This document shows positions 11,522 to 24,663 of a stretch of 64,000 nucleotides of DNA, one piece after another. The notes beneath the pieces are model-generated. The model ran no database searches. It was not told where the DNA came from and saw nothing but the letters and a program-made list of their open reading frames with translations. The stretch comes from Octopus vulgaris. Taxonomy: Eukaryota. A program made the position numbers and the translations under genes. Location of the stretch: the NCBI GenBank assembly GCA_951406725.2, contig OX597833.1, forward strand, positions 54,870,001 to 54,934,000, given 5' to 3'. Each line of letters starts with the position of its first letter. The stretch's first letter is position 1.

Positions 11522-12427
11522 TACATACACACATACACACATATATATACATACATACATATACACACACACACACATATATATTATTCCTAACTTTTAA
11601 CCTTTTTTGACATCAGTCCACCTGAGACCACATGTGGTTCTAAGATATGAATCTTATTTTACCATATTCATAGTTAAATAAATTTTGTGCCAGATTCTTC
11701 CTTTGTTAGTCTTTGTCCCAAACACTAGCTTAATACTCGATAAAAATATTTTTGCTAAATATTCTTCAAAATTGTGATTATTTTAAAAGATCTAGTTGCA
11801 AAACAAAGGCTCTATATTTTGTTGGAAATAACATCATGACAGGGTTAAGCCTTTTGTTAATATATTTCTGTAAAAATACACTAATTTTTGTTTAATTTAG
11901 TTTAGAAAAATAATTAAGAATTTAGTAAAATAACTTTGTCGGGAAATAAGCTGGTGTTTGGAATATAAATTACCGTGAAGTTTTTAATGGTGAGTTTAAT
12001 TTACATTACTTTAAAACAGGAAGTTTCTATTATTGAACGAAAGGTGGGTGTAGTTGGGTTGGTGGCTAAAGAGATAATGTTGGAAATTAGAGAAAACCAT
12101 TTTGAAAAAAGAATCTCTCACTTAGAGAGAAAGAAAGGGAGAGGGGGGGCGAAATTGCATCATGCAACAAGAAATACTTTGTTGTTACTTGACCTGTTAG
12201 AAATGACAGTTAAATCTTCTTCGAATTGCACCTGGTTTTCTTTAAAGGAAATGGGAAGGGCATATTTGATTGATAACAATCTTCATAGTAGGTGTAGTCA
12301 TGGCAGGAATGTCTTTGCTCAGTCAGGGTTTGGTCAGTTTTCTCCTTGTTCTGATCTCTGCAACGCCCTGTTAATTTGATCACTGTTCTTATTAAATATA
12401 GTTTTTTTTTTTTCTTTTAAAATTTTT

Positions 12428-12825
12428 GGATCTTTTCCGTTTGAACAGCAGTTTTTACTAGCGGTGTCATATGAAATTGTCACCCATAATTATGACCCTA
12501 GTTATCGATCTATTGCATTTCAGTCTGTTTTAGGGGTGGGGGGATGGGTATCTTTTTTTTCTTCACAAATGTAAATAAACCCAATCTGTTTCATAAATGA
12601 GAGACATATTCATACGGCACAGAATGTTTTTACCTCAATAGATGTAATTGATTGGTTGAAATTGCAGAAAAGCAACAACAAATATCTTACAAACTATAGA
12701 ATTTTCTCAATAAAGCCAAGAGAAGAAGATGTTTTATAAACACATTCTACCAGTATACGAAGTTTAAAAGTGTTTAGTTATGTGGAAATTATTTTAAAAA
12801 ACTGCCGGTAAAACCGAAAAGATCC
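12428..12825. mobile_element. Second copy of the Merlin-like MITE
   Basis: Same TIRs and body as 8739-9155; TSD aaattttt at 12420-12427 and 12826-12833. Confidence 0.9.
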
Positions 12826-13247
12826 AAATTTTTTCACTTGCAAAGTCACTCTGAATCTCACTTCTATGAGCACATACATTTGTTTATATGTACTTATATA
12901 TACACCTATATATCAGTACATTTCCTTGTCATTCTACCTGTGAAAGTATATCGAGGCCATAGTTGCAGCTAGTTTTTCAATTTTCAGTATCAATTAAATT
13001 TTACCGTGTAAAAGTAAATAGAATAGTAAGTACAATAGTAATGCAAGTTGACAACCTGTAAGACTTGTTGATATACGTATACAATAGCATATAATACTAC
13101 TATAGATATTTCATTACTTGTACATATGATAAAACTGACCTCTGGGGTATGTATAATAACAGTATTGTAATGTGTACTTAGCTTGCGATTGTAAAATGTA
13201 ACTGAAGTATGTTTACACTGCGGTCTTTATAAGATGCACACAGTGTT

Positions 13248-13435
13248 CTTTTCTACTCTAAGCACAAGGCTCCCAAATTTTTTTTGGGGTTGTGGAGGTC
13301 AGTTGATTAGGTCAACCCCAGTACGCAACTAGTGCTTAATTTATCGACTCCAAAAGGATGAAAAGCAAAGTTGACCTTGGCGGAATTTTAACTCAGAATG
13401 TAAAGACAGATGAAATACCGCACAACAGATGAAAT
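13248..13435 (-). mobile_element. Degenerate SINE family B copy
   Basis: Family B core in reverse orientation. Confidence 0.75.
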
Positions 13436-13609
13436 ACCAAAGAGGAATGTTGTGTTATAGAAGCTAAAAGTGGTATCAAAAAGGGTTTGATAGCTATGAA
13501 GAAGAATGTATCTTTGAACTTGATGATTGAGATTGAAAACATCTATAATATCTTCTTGTATGTGAATGTACAGTAGACCCATCAATAAGTCTAGCATGTT
13601 CTATTATAT

Positions 13610-13840
13610 ATTTCTTTATTGCCCACAAGGGGCTAAACATAGAGGGCACAAACAAGGACAGACAAAGGGATTAAGTCGATTACATCGACCCCAGTGCGAA
13701 ACTGGTACTTTATTTATCGACCCCGAAAGGATGAAAGGCAAAGTCGACCTCGGCGGAATTTGAACTCAGAATGTAACGACAGACGAAATACTGCTAAGCA
13801 TTTCGCCTGGCGCGCTAACGTGTCTGCCAGCTTGCCGCCC
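13610..13840 (-). mobile_element. SINE family B, full monomer
   Basis: Complete head and body; TSD tctattatat at 13600-13609 and 13841-13850. Confidence 0.9.
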
Positions 13841-14024
13841 TCTATTATATGTGACAGCTCTGGTGAAGAAACTATTTCTGAATCCTATTTTTCTAGGCTT
13901 TTAAATATCCCTGAAAAGACAATAATGATAAATGGTCTGACGAAGGTCCAAGCTGATCTCGCTTTATGAGTGGGAGTGAAATACAGTAGTTTTCCACAAT
14001 CTGCTGCACTTTCTTCCAGTTTAA

Positions 14025-14479
14025 CCCTTTCATTACTGTATTTATTTTGAGATGCTCTGTATTTCTTTCAATTACTTTAAATATAACAAAGAATTTAGTA
14101 AAATAACTTGGTTATCATTAAGCTAGTGTTAGGAACATAAATTGTGACTAAGGTTTGGTGGAAGATTTGAATTCAAAACTTATGAAAACAAGACATTTGT
14201 ACAACAGAGCCGGTTTTAGTTGGGTTGGTATTGAAAGCGTTAAATTAATCATTTGTTAACCCTTTCATTACTGTATTTCTGTTGAGATGTTCTGTGTTTC
14301 TTTCAATTACTTTAAATATAAAGAAGAATTTAGAAAAATAACTTAGTTATCATTAAGCTAGTGTTAGGAACATAAATTGTGACTAAGGTTTGGTGGAAGA
14401 TTTTAATTCAAATCTTATGGAAACAAGACATTTGTACTCAGAGCCAGAGCCGGTTTCAGCCGGGTTGGTAATGAAAGTA
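14025..14479. mobile_element. Two adjacent TTAA-flanked MITEs (piggyBac-like, subfamily 2)
   Basis: TTAA-CCCTTTCATTAC...GTA(A/T)TGAAAG..TTAA at 14025-14239 and 14260-14479; third copy at 49404-49623. Confidence 0.8.
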
Positions 14480-15235
14480 TTAATGGAGAACTGTTACCAC
14501 AGAGCTATCCACTAGGTCAGAGTACCCTAAGTTGTGCACAAGTAGTAGTTGATGACCCTCTAAGAAGGAGGTGTTACATTCCTTTGTATCCACCATGTGT
14601 ATGTGTGTAACAGGAAATGAGACTTAGTTGACGACCATGTCCTTTCTGACATAAATATCAATCTGTATAATATATTTAAGTTTGTGTTGGCTTATTTAAT
14701 TTCAGTGGCATTAAAAAGCTATACTACTAGTTTTATATTCTTCAGGTTCAAAGAACTGCATTTAAATAAATAAATATTTTTTTTAAATCAAAAAAGAATA
14801 AAAAAAAAAAAAAAAAAGCAGATCGTATTTGATAGTATAAAAGACATTACGGGTGTATTAGACGTGCCCTAATTTCAGCAATACTGAAAAGTTTTAGCAC
14901 ATTAAAGCATGTAATATTTAAAGTAATCTAGCAATACCATTATAAAACATTACAAAAGTGAGCTTGCAGTTTGAGCTGAACATAAAGCTAGAAATCATGG
15001 CAGTGAAAATATCCTATTTGATTACAGTTATAAAACAGGCGAAAAGAGAAAGGAAAAAGTCAGAGCAGAATATTGTATAAAAGACAAGCTTCCACTATAG
15101 TACAATGTGAACCAAAACATTGGAGACCAATCTGAATGAAGATTAACTTGTAGTAGTGAGTGTTAGGAAGAAAATTAGCTTATGGGTGGCTTGACTTTGC
15201 ACAGAGAATCCAGGATTTAAAAAAAAATTTTTTTT

Positions 15236-15449
15236 TTTACTTGATTCAGTCATTTGACTGCGGCCATGCTGGAGCACCGCCTTTAGTCGAGCAAATCGAC
15301 CCCGGAACTTATTCTTTGTGAGCCCAGTACTTATTCTATCGGTCTCTTTTGCCGAACCGCTAAGTGACGGCGACGTAAACACACCAGCATCGGTTGTCAA
15401 GCAATGCTAGGGGGACAAACACAGACACACAAACATATGCACACACATA

Positions 15450-15480
<31 letters not shown>

Positions 15481-15609
15481 GTTTAGCGTCCGTTTTCCAT
15501 GCTAGCATGGGTTGGACGGGTCAACTGGGGTCTGTGAAGCTGGAAGGCTTCGTCAGGCCCAGTCAGATCTGGCAGTGTTTCTACGGCTGGATGCCCTTCC
15601 TAACGCCAA

Positions 15610-15658
<49 letters not shown>

Positions 15659-15885
15659 CTTTACTACCCACAAGGGGCTAAACATAGAGGGGACAAACAG
15701 AGGGATTAAGTCGATTATATCGACTCCAGTGCATAACTGGTACTTAATTTATCGACCCCGAAAGGATGAAAGGCAAAGTCGACCTCGGCGGAATTTGAAC
15801 CCAGAACACGTGATAGCAGACGAAATACGGCTACGCATTTGGCCCTGCGTGCTAACGATTCTGCCAGTTCGCCGCCTTTATATAT

Positions 15886-15972
<87 letters not shown>

Positions 15973-16134
15973 GACAGGCTTCTTTCAGTTTCCGTCTACC
16001 AAATCCACTCACAAGGCATTGGTCGGCCCTGGGCTATAGCAGAAGACACTTGCCCAAGATGCCATGCAGTGGGACTGAACCCGGAACCATATGGTTGGTT
16101 AGCAAGCTACTTACCACACAGCCACTTCTGCGCC
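15236..16134 (-). mobile_element. SINE family A with nested family C fragment (15451-15608) and family B copy (15655-15877) in its internal microsatellite
   Basis: A 3' half at 15236-15450 and A head at 15970-16134, with two foreign modules between (CA)/(TA) tracts. Confidence 0.85.
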
Positions 16135-16494
16135 TATAGGATGTTTTTTTCTTTTCTTTTCTTTTTTTTTTGGAGTTGGTCTTACCTAAATGCCATCAAA
16201 TACAATATTTCTTATCTGGTAACATAGATCGCATGTAGCAGGGAAGAAGCAGGGAGTTGCAAAATAGTAATTGTTTTATTTGGGTACAGGTATTTATGCT
16301 TAGAACAAAGATTTATTTCTCAACTGAAAGAGATTGTTTTGAATTAATCATGCATTATTTCATAGCTTTGAAACTTCACAATGATATAATGATTTAGTTT
16401 TAGAATGACATTGTCGGGTAGGTGTGACAGGTTGGATTTGGCTGGTTTGAACGTAAAACAGGTAAAGTATTTGGGCTGGGTATGGCTGGTTTAA

Positions 16495-16713
16495 CCCTTT
16501 AGTGTTCAGAATACTCTGTTAAATGTAATACTTTTTCACTCAAATTGTTTTGAATTAATCATGCATTATCTTATAGCTTTGAGGTTTCAATGGTGTGATT
16601 GTTTATTTTCAGAACGGCATTGTAGGTTAGGAGTGAGAGGCTTGATATCGCCAGTTTGAATATAAAACATGTAGTATATTGGGCCGGATTTGGCCAGTTT
16701 AAACACTAAAGGG
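16495..16713. mobile_element. TTAA-flanked MITE (piggyBac-like, subfamily 1), inserted in the end of a sibling copy (~16330-16490)
   Basis: TTAA-CCCTTTAGTGTT...AACACTAAAGGG-TTAA. Confidence 0.85.
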
Positions 16714-17038
16714 TTAAATAATAATTGAATCTGCAAGACAGTTGCTTGTTTTTTGTTTGGGTCCTGTCCTTGTACCCTTTGGATCTCCAGGTTTCTTTTA
16801 TAAGACTGTAGTCACAATTCAGCCACAGCTGATTATTAACGGAGTCGAGTATTGTGGACCCCAACAGATTTGAAGAAAGCGTCTGGAAAAGACGAAAATG
16901 GACATACTGTGATATATTGTGCCAAACAGTTAGAAATAAAACGATGGAAAATGGATTGTAGTGTACAGATTTCATTGCTTTTAAAGCCCTTTGTGAAGAT
17001 ATTTCTAATGAAATTAACTGCATATCTGTTTCCATTAA

Positions 17039-17255
17039 CCCTTTTGATACCAACCCACCTGAGATTGCTAGTTCTGTGATACAAATTCCCTGTTTAAAGT
17101 GGTCGACAATGAAGCCTTCCATCAGAATTCCATGTTAATTTGCATTTTAAACACAAGTATAACAACAAAGTTATTTCAATAAATTTTTCATTATTTTCGG
17201 AATTAATTGAAACAACGACAACGTGTAATTCAAAAGGAATACAGTAACAAAAGGG
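17039..17255. mobile_element. TTAA-flanked MITE
   Basis: TTAA-CCCTTTTGATAC...GTAACAAAAGGG-TTAA; related degenerate copies near 11600-12070, 17270-17460 and 48615-48800. Confidence 0.75.
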
Positions 17256-17906
17256 TTAATTCTGAAAGTTTTTCAAGAACTTGGCGGCATTCAGTAAAAT
17301 AAATGTCATTATGAATCTATTGTTCGCAAAAATATAATATAACAAAAGATATAGAATTTTAATGGAAAAATTTAATTTAAAATATGAACAATTTAAAAGG
17401 AGAGGTTTCATATTACGGAACCAAAAATGGTCTCAGGCAGGATGGTATCAAAATGGTTAAGTCAGTTTCAGAAATATAGATCTCTAATTAGCGAGTTAAT
17501 TAGTAAATTTGTCAGTTTTTGTTCCAGCGTTCTTGCAGTCTAGAAGAACCAATCATTTGGGGGAAGGTTCTGTAGATCCAACATTCTAAATATGTTGTAT
17601 TCTGTTTTGCTTCAAGAAACTTCCCTGTATTTTCTGTTCTTTGAGTTCATTTATTTAATTTTCCCTGCTTTCCCATCTATTAATGTCTACATCTAATGTA
17701 GGATTCGCTTCCATCTCTCTCATTACTTATGTTTAAAAGCAAAGCAATGTCTACTTATGATTTTAAATTCATATACAGTATAATAGGTACTTAAGTGACT
17801 TGGAAGATATATTTAAACCCATTCCTACTTCGGATATTGCTAGGTTTTGATTCAGTGAAAGCAGATACATTCATTATCATAATAATAGTCATCTACTAAG
17901 ATGGAT

Positions 17907-18131
17907 TAACCCTTTAATGTTCATATTATTCAATCAAACATAATGCTTATTGATTCACATTGGTTTGAATTGATCATGCATTATCCCATATCTTCAAGAT
18001 CTTGATGGTGTAATTACTTAATGTAGAATAACATTGTAGGGTAGGTGTGAGAGCCTGGATCTGGTCAGTTTGAACATAAAACAGATTAAATATTTTGGCC
18101 GGATAAGGCCAGTTTAAATACAAAAGGGTTG
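17907..18131. mobile_element. TTAA-type MITE subfamily 1
   Basis: TTAACCCTTTAATGTT...AATACAAAAGGGTT, body colinear with 16495-16713. Confidence 0.8.
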
Positions 18132-18597
18132 AAACTGGGATATATTTTACGAAGGGGCACATATGGAATAAACAGGAAGGGGTGGTGGTGGTGGCGGTTT
18201 GGATGAATTGAAGTGTTTGTTTGATCTTGTACTTGCTTCAGTCACTGGGTTGCGGCCATATGGGAGCACCACATTGAGGATTTTCTTTGGTTTTTATTTA
18301 ATCAAAGAGATCAACCCCAGTACATATCTTTTAAATCTGCTACTTATACTGTTGGTTTCCTTTTGCCGAACTGCTTAGACATTGGGATGTAAACAAACCA
18401 ACACTGGCTGTCAAGTCAAGCAGTGGAGGGAGGGGATGTAAACAAACCAACACTGGCTGTCAAGTCAAGCAGTGGAGGGAGAGACGAACTAAGACACATA
18501 TGCATGGACGTGTACATACACATATAATTATATATTCATGTATATATACATATACATACATATATATACATATACATACATATATATATATATATAA

Positions 18598-18785
18598 TGT
18601 GACCGCATGTGTATCGTTGGCGATTTTTTTCCTTCTTCCCTTCCTTGGATCTTTCCTCTTCCGATGTTTCTGACGAAGAGCTCTGCTTGAAACGTTAAAT
18701 CTTCCTTCTTTCTTTCCTTTCCTGAGCATCCAATATCACTATACTTGTTCCACGTCCTCGCGTTGTTTTCATGTTTGGATTAACT
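18598..18785 (+). mobile_element. (TA)n-embedded Penelope-pLTR-like element with minimal hammerhead motif
   Basis: GTTT-CTGACGA-A-GAGC tct GCTT-GAAA-CG-TT-AAAT at 18666-18700; sibling at 30899-31090, partial copy at 4150-4230. Confidence 0.7.
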
Positions 18786-18997
18786 ATATATATATACACA
18801 CATACACACATGCACACACACACACACATATTTATTATGATGGTTTTGTTAAGCAGCGTCGATTTTTATAATTCTGTAAATAATAATAATAATAATAATA
18901 ATAATAGTATTTTTGAAAACTTAAAGCTTACAAGTGATCAATCTATGACTAAAGAAAATAGTCTAATAATAGGGCATGTGTGCTCCATATAGATATA

Positions 18998-19160
18998 GGC
19001 GCAAGAGTGGCTGTGTGGTAAGTAGCTTGCTTATCAACCAAATGGTTCCGGGTTCAGTCCCACTGCTTGGCACCTTGGGCAAGTGCCATCTACTATAGCC
19101 TCAGGCTGTCCAAAGCCTTGTGAGTGGATTTGGCAGACGGAATCTTAAAGAAGCCTGTTG

Positions 19161-19193
<33 letters not shown>

Positions 19194-19403
19194 CTGTGTC
19201 TGTGTTTGTCAACCTCACCGTCGTTTGACAACCGATGCTGGTGTGTTTACGTCCCCTTCACTTAGTGGTTTGGCAAAAGAGACCAATAAAATAAGTACTA
19301 GGCTTATAATGAATAAGTCCTGGGGTTTATTTGTTCAACTAAAAGGCGGTGTTCCAGCATGGCTGCAGTCAAATGACTGAAACCAGTAAAAGAATAAAAG
19401 AAT
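18998..19403 (+). mobile_element. SINE family A, full length
   Basis: tRNA-like head, (TA)/(TG) linker, 3' half and AAAAGAAT tail. Confidence 0.9.
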
Positions 19404-19475
19404 ATATGGATTCTTACACTGTTTCCAAATTCACTCACAAGACAGTCAGCTGGGGACTATAGTAGAAGACACTTG

Positions 19476-19510
<35 letters not shown>

Positions 19511-19563
19511 GTGGTGGGGTTTGTATATTGCTAAGAAGTGACCACTTCTGACACTGATTGATG

Positions 19564-19605
<42 letters not shown>

Positions 19606-19914
19606 TACATATTTATATATATATGTATGTGTATGTATGAATATATATATATATATATGTATGTGCATACACACTCATATGTTGATCTATAGAATTGAAA
19701 CTGATTGGTTTATTTATGATAGAATTGATCACTTTGAACGTGTGTGAGTGTGTACACGCTTGTGTGCCCGTTCCCGAGAAGTAGTTTCTCTTGTTAAAAG
19801 CAAGTTCTCCTATTTGTCCTTCTATGTTTATGGTCCAGTTAAGAATTCGGTTCTAAAGAGATAGCAAATTAAAACGGTGTGCATAGACATTAATCATATG
19901 TTTGTTTAAACTCA

Positions 19915-20229
19915 ATAGCTCTCGGGCGGGGAAAAGGCGGCGGGGCGGTAGTCGGCGTCGGAGTGGAGGAGAGAAAGCTTTTCGCCGTGTGGTGTGTCTT
20001 CGGCGGCGTTTCCCTTCCCCCTCGTAATAAAGCTAAATCACCTTTATTAACATTGTTATATCAGTTGTGAATTCGCTTAAACTCAAGTTGAAAATTACCG
20101 GCGGAGTCAAGAAGGCATGTTTGTTTTTGATACAAGCTGTTAGCCAACCATCTTTGATAAACTGTTGAATTGAGACATAGCAAATTCTTCCTCCTTCGTT
20201 TCTGGTAATTTCAGAATGAATGAGAAACG
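19915..20229 (+). promoter_or_regulatory. CpG-rich, GC-box-containing putative promoter / first exon
   Basis: The clearest non-repeat CpG-dense segment; GGGCGG boxes near 19924 and 19943; candidate donors CTG|GTAATT (20205) and ACG|GTAGGA (20230). Confidence 0.5.
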
Positions 20230-20237
20230 GTAGGAGC

Positions 20238-20270
20238 TGTGTGTGTGTGTGTGTGTCCATATATATATAT

Positions 20271-20339
<69 letters not shown>

Positions 20340-20413
20340 CACACATACATATATATATATACACACATACATATATATATACATACACACATATATATAT
20401 ACATACATACATA

Positions 20414-20449
<36 letters not shown>

Positions 20450-20512
20450 CACATATATATACATACATACATACTTATATATATATACATACATACATAC
20501 TTATATATATAT

Positions 20513-20576
<64 letters not shown>
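20238..20576. repeat. Compound (TG)/(TA)/(TACA) microsatellite
   Basis: Seen directly in the sequence. Confidence 0.95.
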
Positions 20577-20578
<2 letters not shown>

Positions 20579-21726
20579 CATATAGGATGGGGTGTGGAGT
20601 TCGGGAAGAGACTGTTTATAGTTATTTATGATTGCTCACTTCAATAATATTGAATAAACGAAGCAGTTCTCAAAATGATGATAGATTGATTGTGTGGATC
20701 GGAGTTATTTCATTTTAGTTATTTTCCGCACTCCACATAACCAGATTCTTGAAACATCACCATCACCATCATCATCATCACCATCATCGTCATTTGAATT
20801 TGTACATTTTATTTCAATTTTTTTTTTATTTTGCAAATTTTTTTTTTTTACTTAGAATATCCGATTATGGCTTCCCATTTTATTCATTTTTCAATGACGT
20901 CATTATATTTTGTAAAGTACTCTTGAAATGGAAGATAAGTAGTTGGCGTTGAATTGGAGCAGGAATATAATTTTTTTTTTTTTTTTTTTTTTTTTTTTCT
21001 TTTTGCAAATATTTAAGAGGTTTCAAATTTTGTTAGTACTGGACATAGATCCTCTTGAAGCTTTTCATTTTATTCTTTTCAGAAATTTTTTTTTTTTTGC
21101 GAAAAGTTTTGGTTCTTAATGTTTATCATCATTATAATAATCATCACCATCATTGGATCACATTCATAGACACACACACACACACACACTTATTTATTTA
21201 TATATGTACTCACATACATACACATGTGGCTGTTAACCCATAGATTTTGTACCGAGGAATATGGGTCTTATGGCAAGTGTTCCTGCAACTCCTACGCAAC
21301 TATACTATACAAATTATCTGAAAGTTGGATGAGTTTACATCTAATGCTAGATATTTCTGAATCAAAATATTTATATTCATCTTCTTCAATTTTAATGTCC
21401 ACTTTACTATGCTCGCATGGGTTGGATGGAATTTGTTTTGCTTCAAGTAACTTCCTTGTACTTTCTTGGGTGGAATTTGTCGCCGACAATGAATGTGTGT
21501 GTGTGTGTGCATATGTGTCACCAAGCCTCACCTGTTTACAAGTAAGGTAATATTTCTTGTCCATTATCAGACACGTTTACACAGAAGAATGTTTCCGTTA
21601 CTGCAACACTGGCTTACAACTATCATGCAATGCCAAGGCAAGGAGACAGTAACACATATGCACACACACACATTCATTCACTCATTCACATATCTATCCT
21701 GACCCATGCAAGCATGGAAATGTGGA

Positions 21727-21767
<41 letters not shown>

Positions 21768-22807
21768 CTGTTAAGAGTAGATATTAGACCTTGATCATAT
21801 ATATATAGATAGATACACACACACATACATACATATATATACGTATACATATATATATACACACCTTGTTTTAGTCTTTCATTGCAGCCATGCTGGGACA
21901 CCGCATTAAAGAATGCTTTAAGGCCTTGCCGAGTTGCTAAGTTATGGGGAGGTAAACACACCAACATTAGTTGCCATGCAGTGATAGTGGTGGGATAGCC
22001 AAACATGTCGATATGTATATATATATGCACATATATATATGCACACTAGAGTACCTGTGACCCATTGGGTTACCAGGAAGCTCTGAGTTTCCCAGCAATG
22101 GAGTTTTGTTTCGTGGGTTTTATCTCTTCCTGTTTATTTCGCATGCTTGCAATGAATGTGACATTGAAATTATGCATAAACGGCTCCTTTCCCCAGAAAA
22201 GGAAAGATTTGGCTGCTATTTCTTGCATACTTTGCTACCATGTAACAAGTATTTTGGGTCCTGTATCACAAATAGCTGTTATGTGGTAACAGGGTGTATT
22301 AGAAATAGCAGCCAAGTCTTTGGTGGTGAGATATGTTGAATGCACTCAAAAAAAAACCTATGGAAAAATCCATTTCGCACCGAGGTTACAAACAGGTCTT
22401 TTACGAAATATTTACTGTATTTGTAAAGTAATTTTCACTTTAAAATATTTGTTATATATGCCAAAACAATTTTTGTAATGGCATTCACTTGAAAATAATT
22501 TTTTTAAAAATAATTAAAATATTGTCTACTTAAAGAAAGCTAAAATATAACTACTTACTGTACTAACAACTTACATTTTTGAAATCACATTCACTTAAAA
22601 ATAGTTCTAAATGATTAAAATAATGTGTTTAATAAAGCAAAAATAAAAAAACATTTACTGTAAAAAAACGAATTGTATTTTTTCGTTGTCAAATTAATGT
22701 CTAATCAAAAGGTTAGTTTCTTCCCTTGCAGGATGAAGTTATTATATTCGGAACATTTTCCCATTATGCACCGTTTTGGGTATTCATACCCAATATGTCA
22801 GAATGCC

Positions 22808-23012
22808 ATGATAGATCGTTAGCTCCTACACGCATTTTTTTCTCTCCTTGTTTCTCTCCTTGTTTTTTTTCTGTGTAGCTTTCTGTCGAAGAGCGTAGGC
22901 TCAAAACGTAAAAGACTTGTTCTATTTCTATTCCTGAGCGCTATACTAATACATCTGTTTGTTTGTACTCCACCTGCCTTCATCTTTTGTTTATTTTTGT
23001 AAACCTTCCCGT
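22808..23012 (+). mobile_element. Penelope-pLTR-like element with decayed hammerhead motif
   Basis: CTTT-CTGTCGA-A-GAGC gtag GCTC-AAAA-CG-TA-AAAG at 22879-22914; reverse-oriented sibling at ~54960-55140. Confidence 0.6.
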
Positions 23013-23168
23013 TTATATATATATATATATATATATTATATTAAATTAGAGATAAAACCACTATTGGGCAAATCATACAATGAAAAACTTAAGCCCATAC
23101 ATAAGATTAATTAATTTATATTATTTTAAATATATATCAAAATTATTAAAAAAAGATAATTAGTATAA

Positions 23169-23231
23169 CACTACGATCGTTTCATGGCTGTCCAATTCTT
23201 AAAATTTCGAGTTACAGTCATTCTTCAGGTG
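23169..23231 (-). ncRNA. Type-I hammerhead ribozyme-like motif
   Basis: CAC-CTGAAGA-ATGACTGT [22 nt] ACAGCCAT-GAAA-CG at CG-TA-GTG: intact core, palindromic stem III (ACGATCGT), GUA triplet. Confidence 0.7.
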
Positions 23232-24287
23232 ATTTGAATATTTAACTTAGCGTGATTTAATCAATGATATATGCATACATACATATATGTACATACCTAC
23301 ATATATATGTATATATACATGCATATATGGGTACAGGACGCAAAAGAAAACATGAACAGAATGAGAAACGAGAACGTAAAAAAATGAAAGCATAGAAAAC
23401 GAACATTTTTCGAACAACGAAAGAAACAAATAGAGAAATGAGACAGGCAACATAAAGAACATTCCCTTCATCAGTTGTCCCTTGTTTTATCTACTCTGCA
23501 TTTCAAAGGTAGGAACAATACACACACTCATTTACTCACACACATATAAGATGAGTTTCTTTCAGTTTCTTTCTATCAAAATCCGCTCACAAGGCTTTGG
23601 CCAGCTTGGAGCTATGGTAGAAGATAGTTGTCCATGAAGAGGAGTAGCAGGTTTTGATTAGCTTTGATCTTTTGAAAATTCTATAAAAACTGAGCACATT
23701 GATTATCTATAAACAAAGCAAAGGAAAAAACAAAAAAGAACAAAACAACTCATTAGCAAAGCCACTGCTTTAAGCTAAAGTACAGATCATGTACGAAGGG
23801 CAGTGGTGACTTTGAATTATTGCAAAAAATTTAAATTAATGTAATATTGAATATTTGCAGCAGACAAGCAAAATTGTAAAATAAAATAGCAAAAAAAAAA
23901 AAATATTTAAAAAAAAAATCCTAAAAGAATGAAATTTCTTTTTCCTAATGATAACAAATTCTTTCTTCCATATTATGATATATATGCTATCCATCTTATT
24001 ATTTTCATGAAACATTGCTTTAACTGTAAAAATATGAATAACATATAATCACACATCTACCAACCCCACTCACTGTCTTGTAATTATGGAGATCTCAAAA
24101 CTTATGGAAGCAGTTACAAGCAAAAATTACCACCAACTGCCTGCTTCACTTTGCGAATCTCTTCTTTCTCAGTGAATAAATGAATAGCTGTTTCTATAGA
24201 GACTACTTCAGGCTTTCTCTCTTATGTTACTTATACTCCAGTGGTTTCTCAGTTTCTCATGTTGTGAAAACGGTATCTTCAACATTA

Positions 24288-24663
24288 GGCGTAGGAGTGG
24301 CTGTGTGGTAAGTAGCTTGCTTACCAACCACATGGTTCCGGATTCAGTCCCACTGCGTGGCACCTTGGGCAAGTGTCTTCTACTAAAGCCTCGGGCCGAC
24401 CAAAGCCTTGTGAGTGGATTTGGTAGACAGAAACTGAAAGAAGCTCGTCGTATATATGTATATATGTATGTGTGTATGTGTTTGTGTTTGTCCCCCCATC
24501 AACATCGCTTGACAAACGATGATGGTGTGTTTATGTCTCCATAACTTAGCGGTTCAGCAAAAGTACTAGGCTTACAAATAATAGGTCCTAGCGTCGATTT
24601 GCTTGACTAAAAGGCAGTGCTCCAGTATGGCCACAGTCAAAATGACTGAAACAAGTAAAGAAT
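24288..24663 (+). mobile_element. SINE family A (extra tail copy at 24780-24845)
   Basis: GGCGTAGGAGTGGCTGTGTGG head, body and tail. Confidence 0.9.

Noticed and set aside
11975-12379. 134-aa ORF
   Set aside because: It starts inside a MITE with a non-ATG codon and has no recognisable domain.
16706-17122. 138-aa minus-strand ORF
   Set aside because: It overlaps MITE ends and has no recognisable homology.
23330-23520. Minus-strand CTGATGAAGGG in an A-rich repeat-like block
   Set aside because: Convincing stems with a downstream GAAA could not be assembled.
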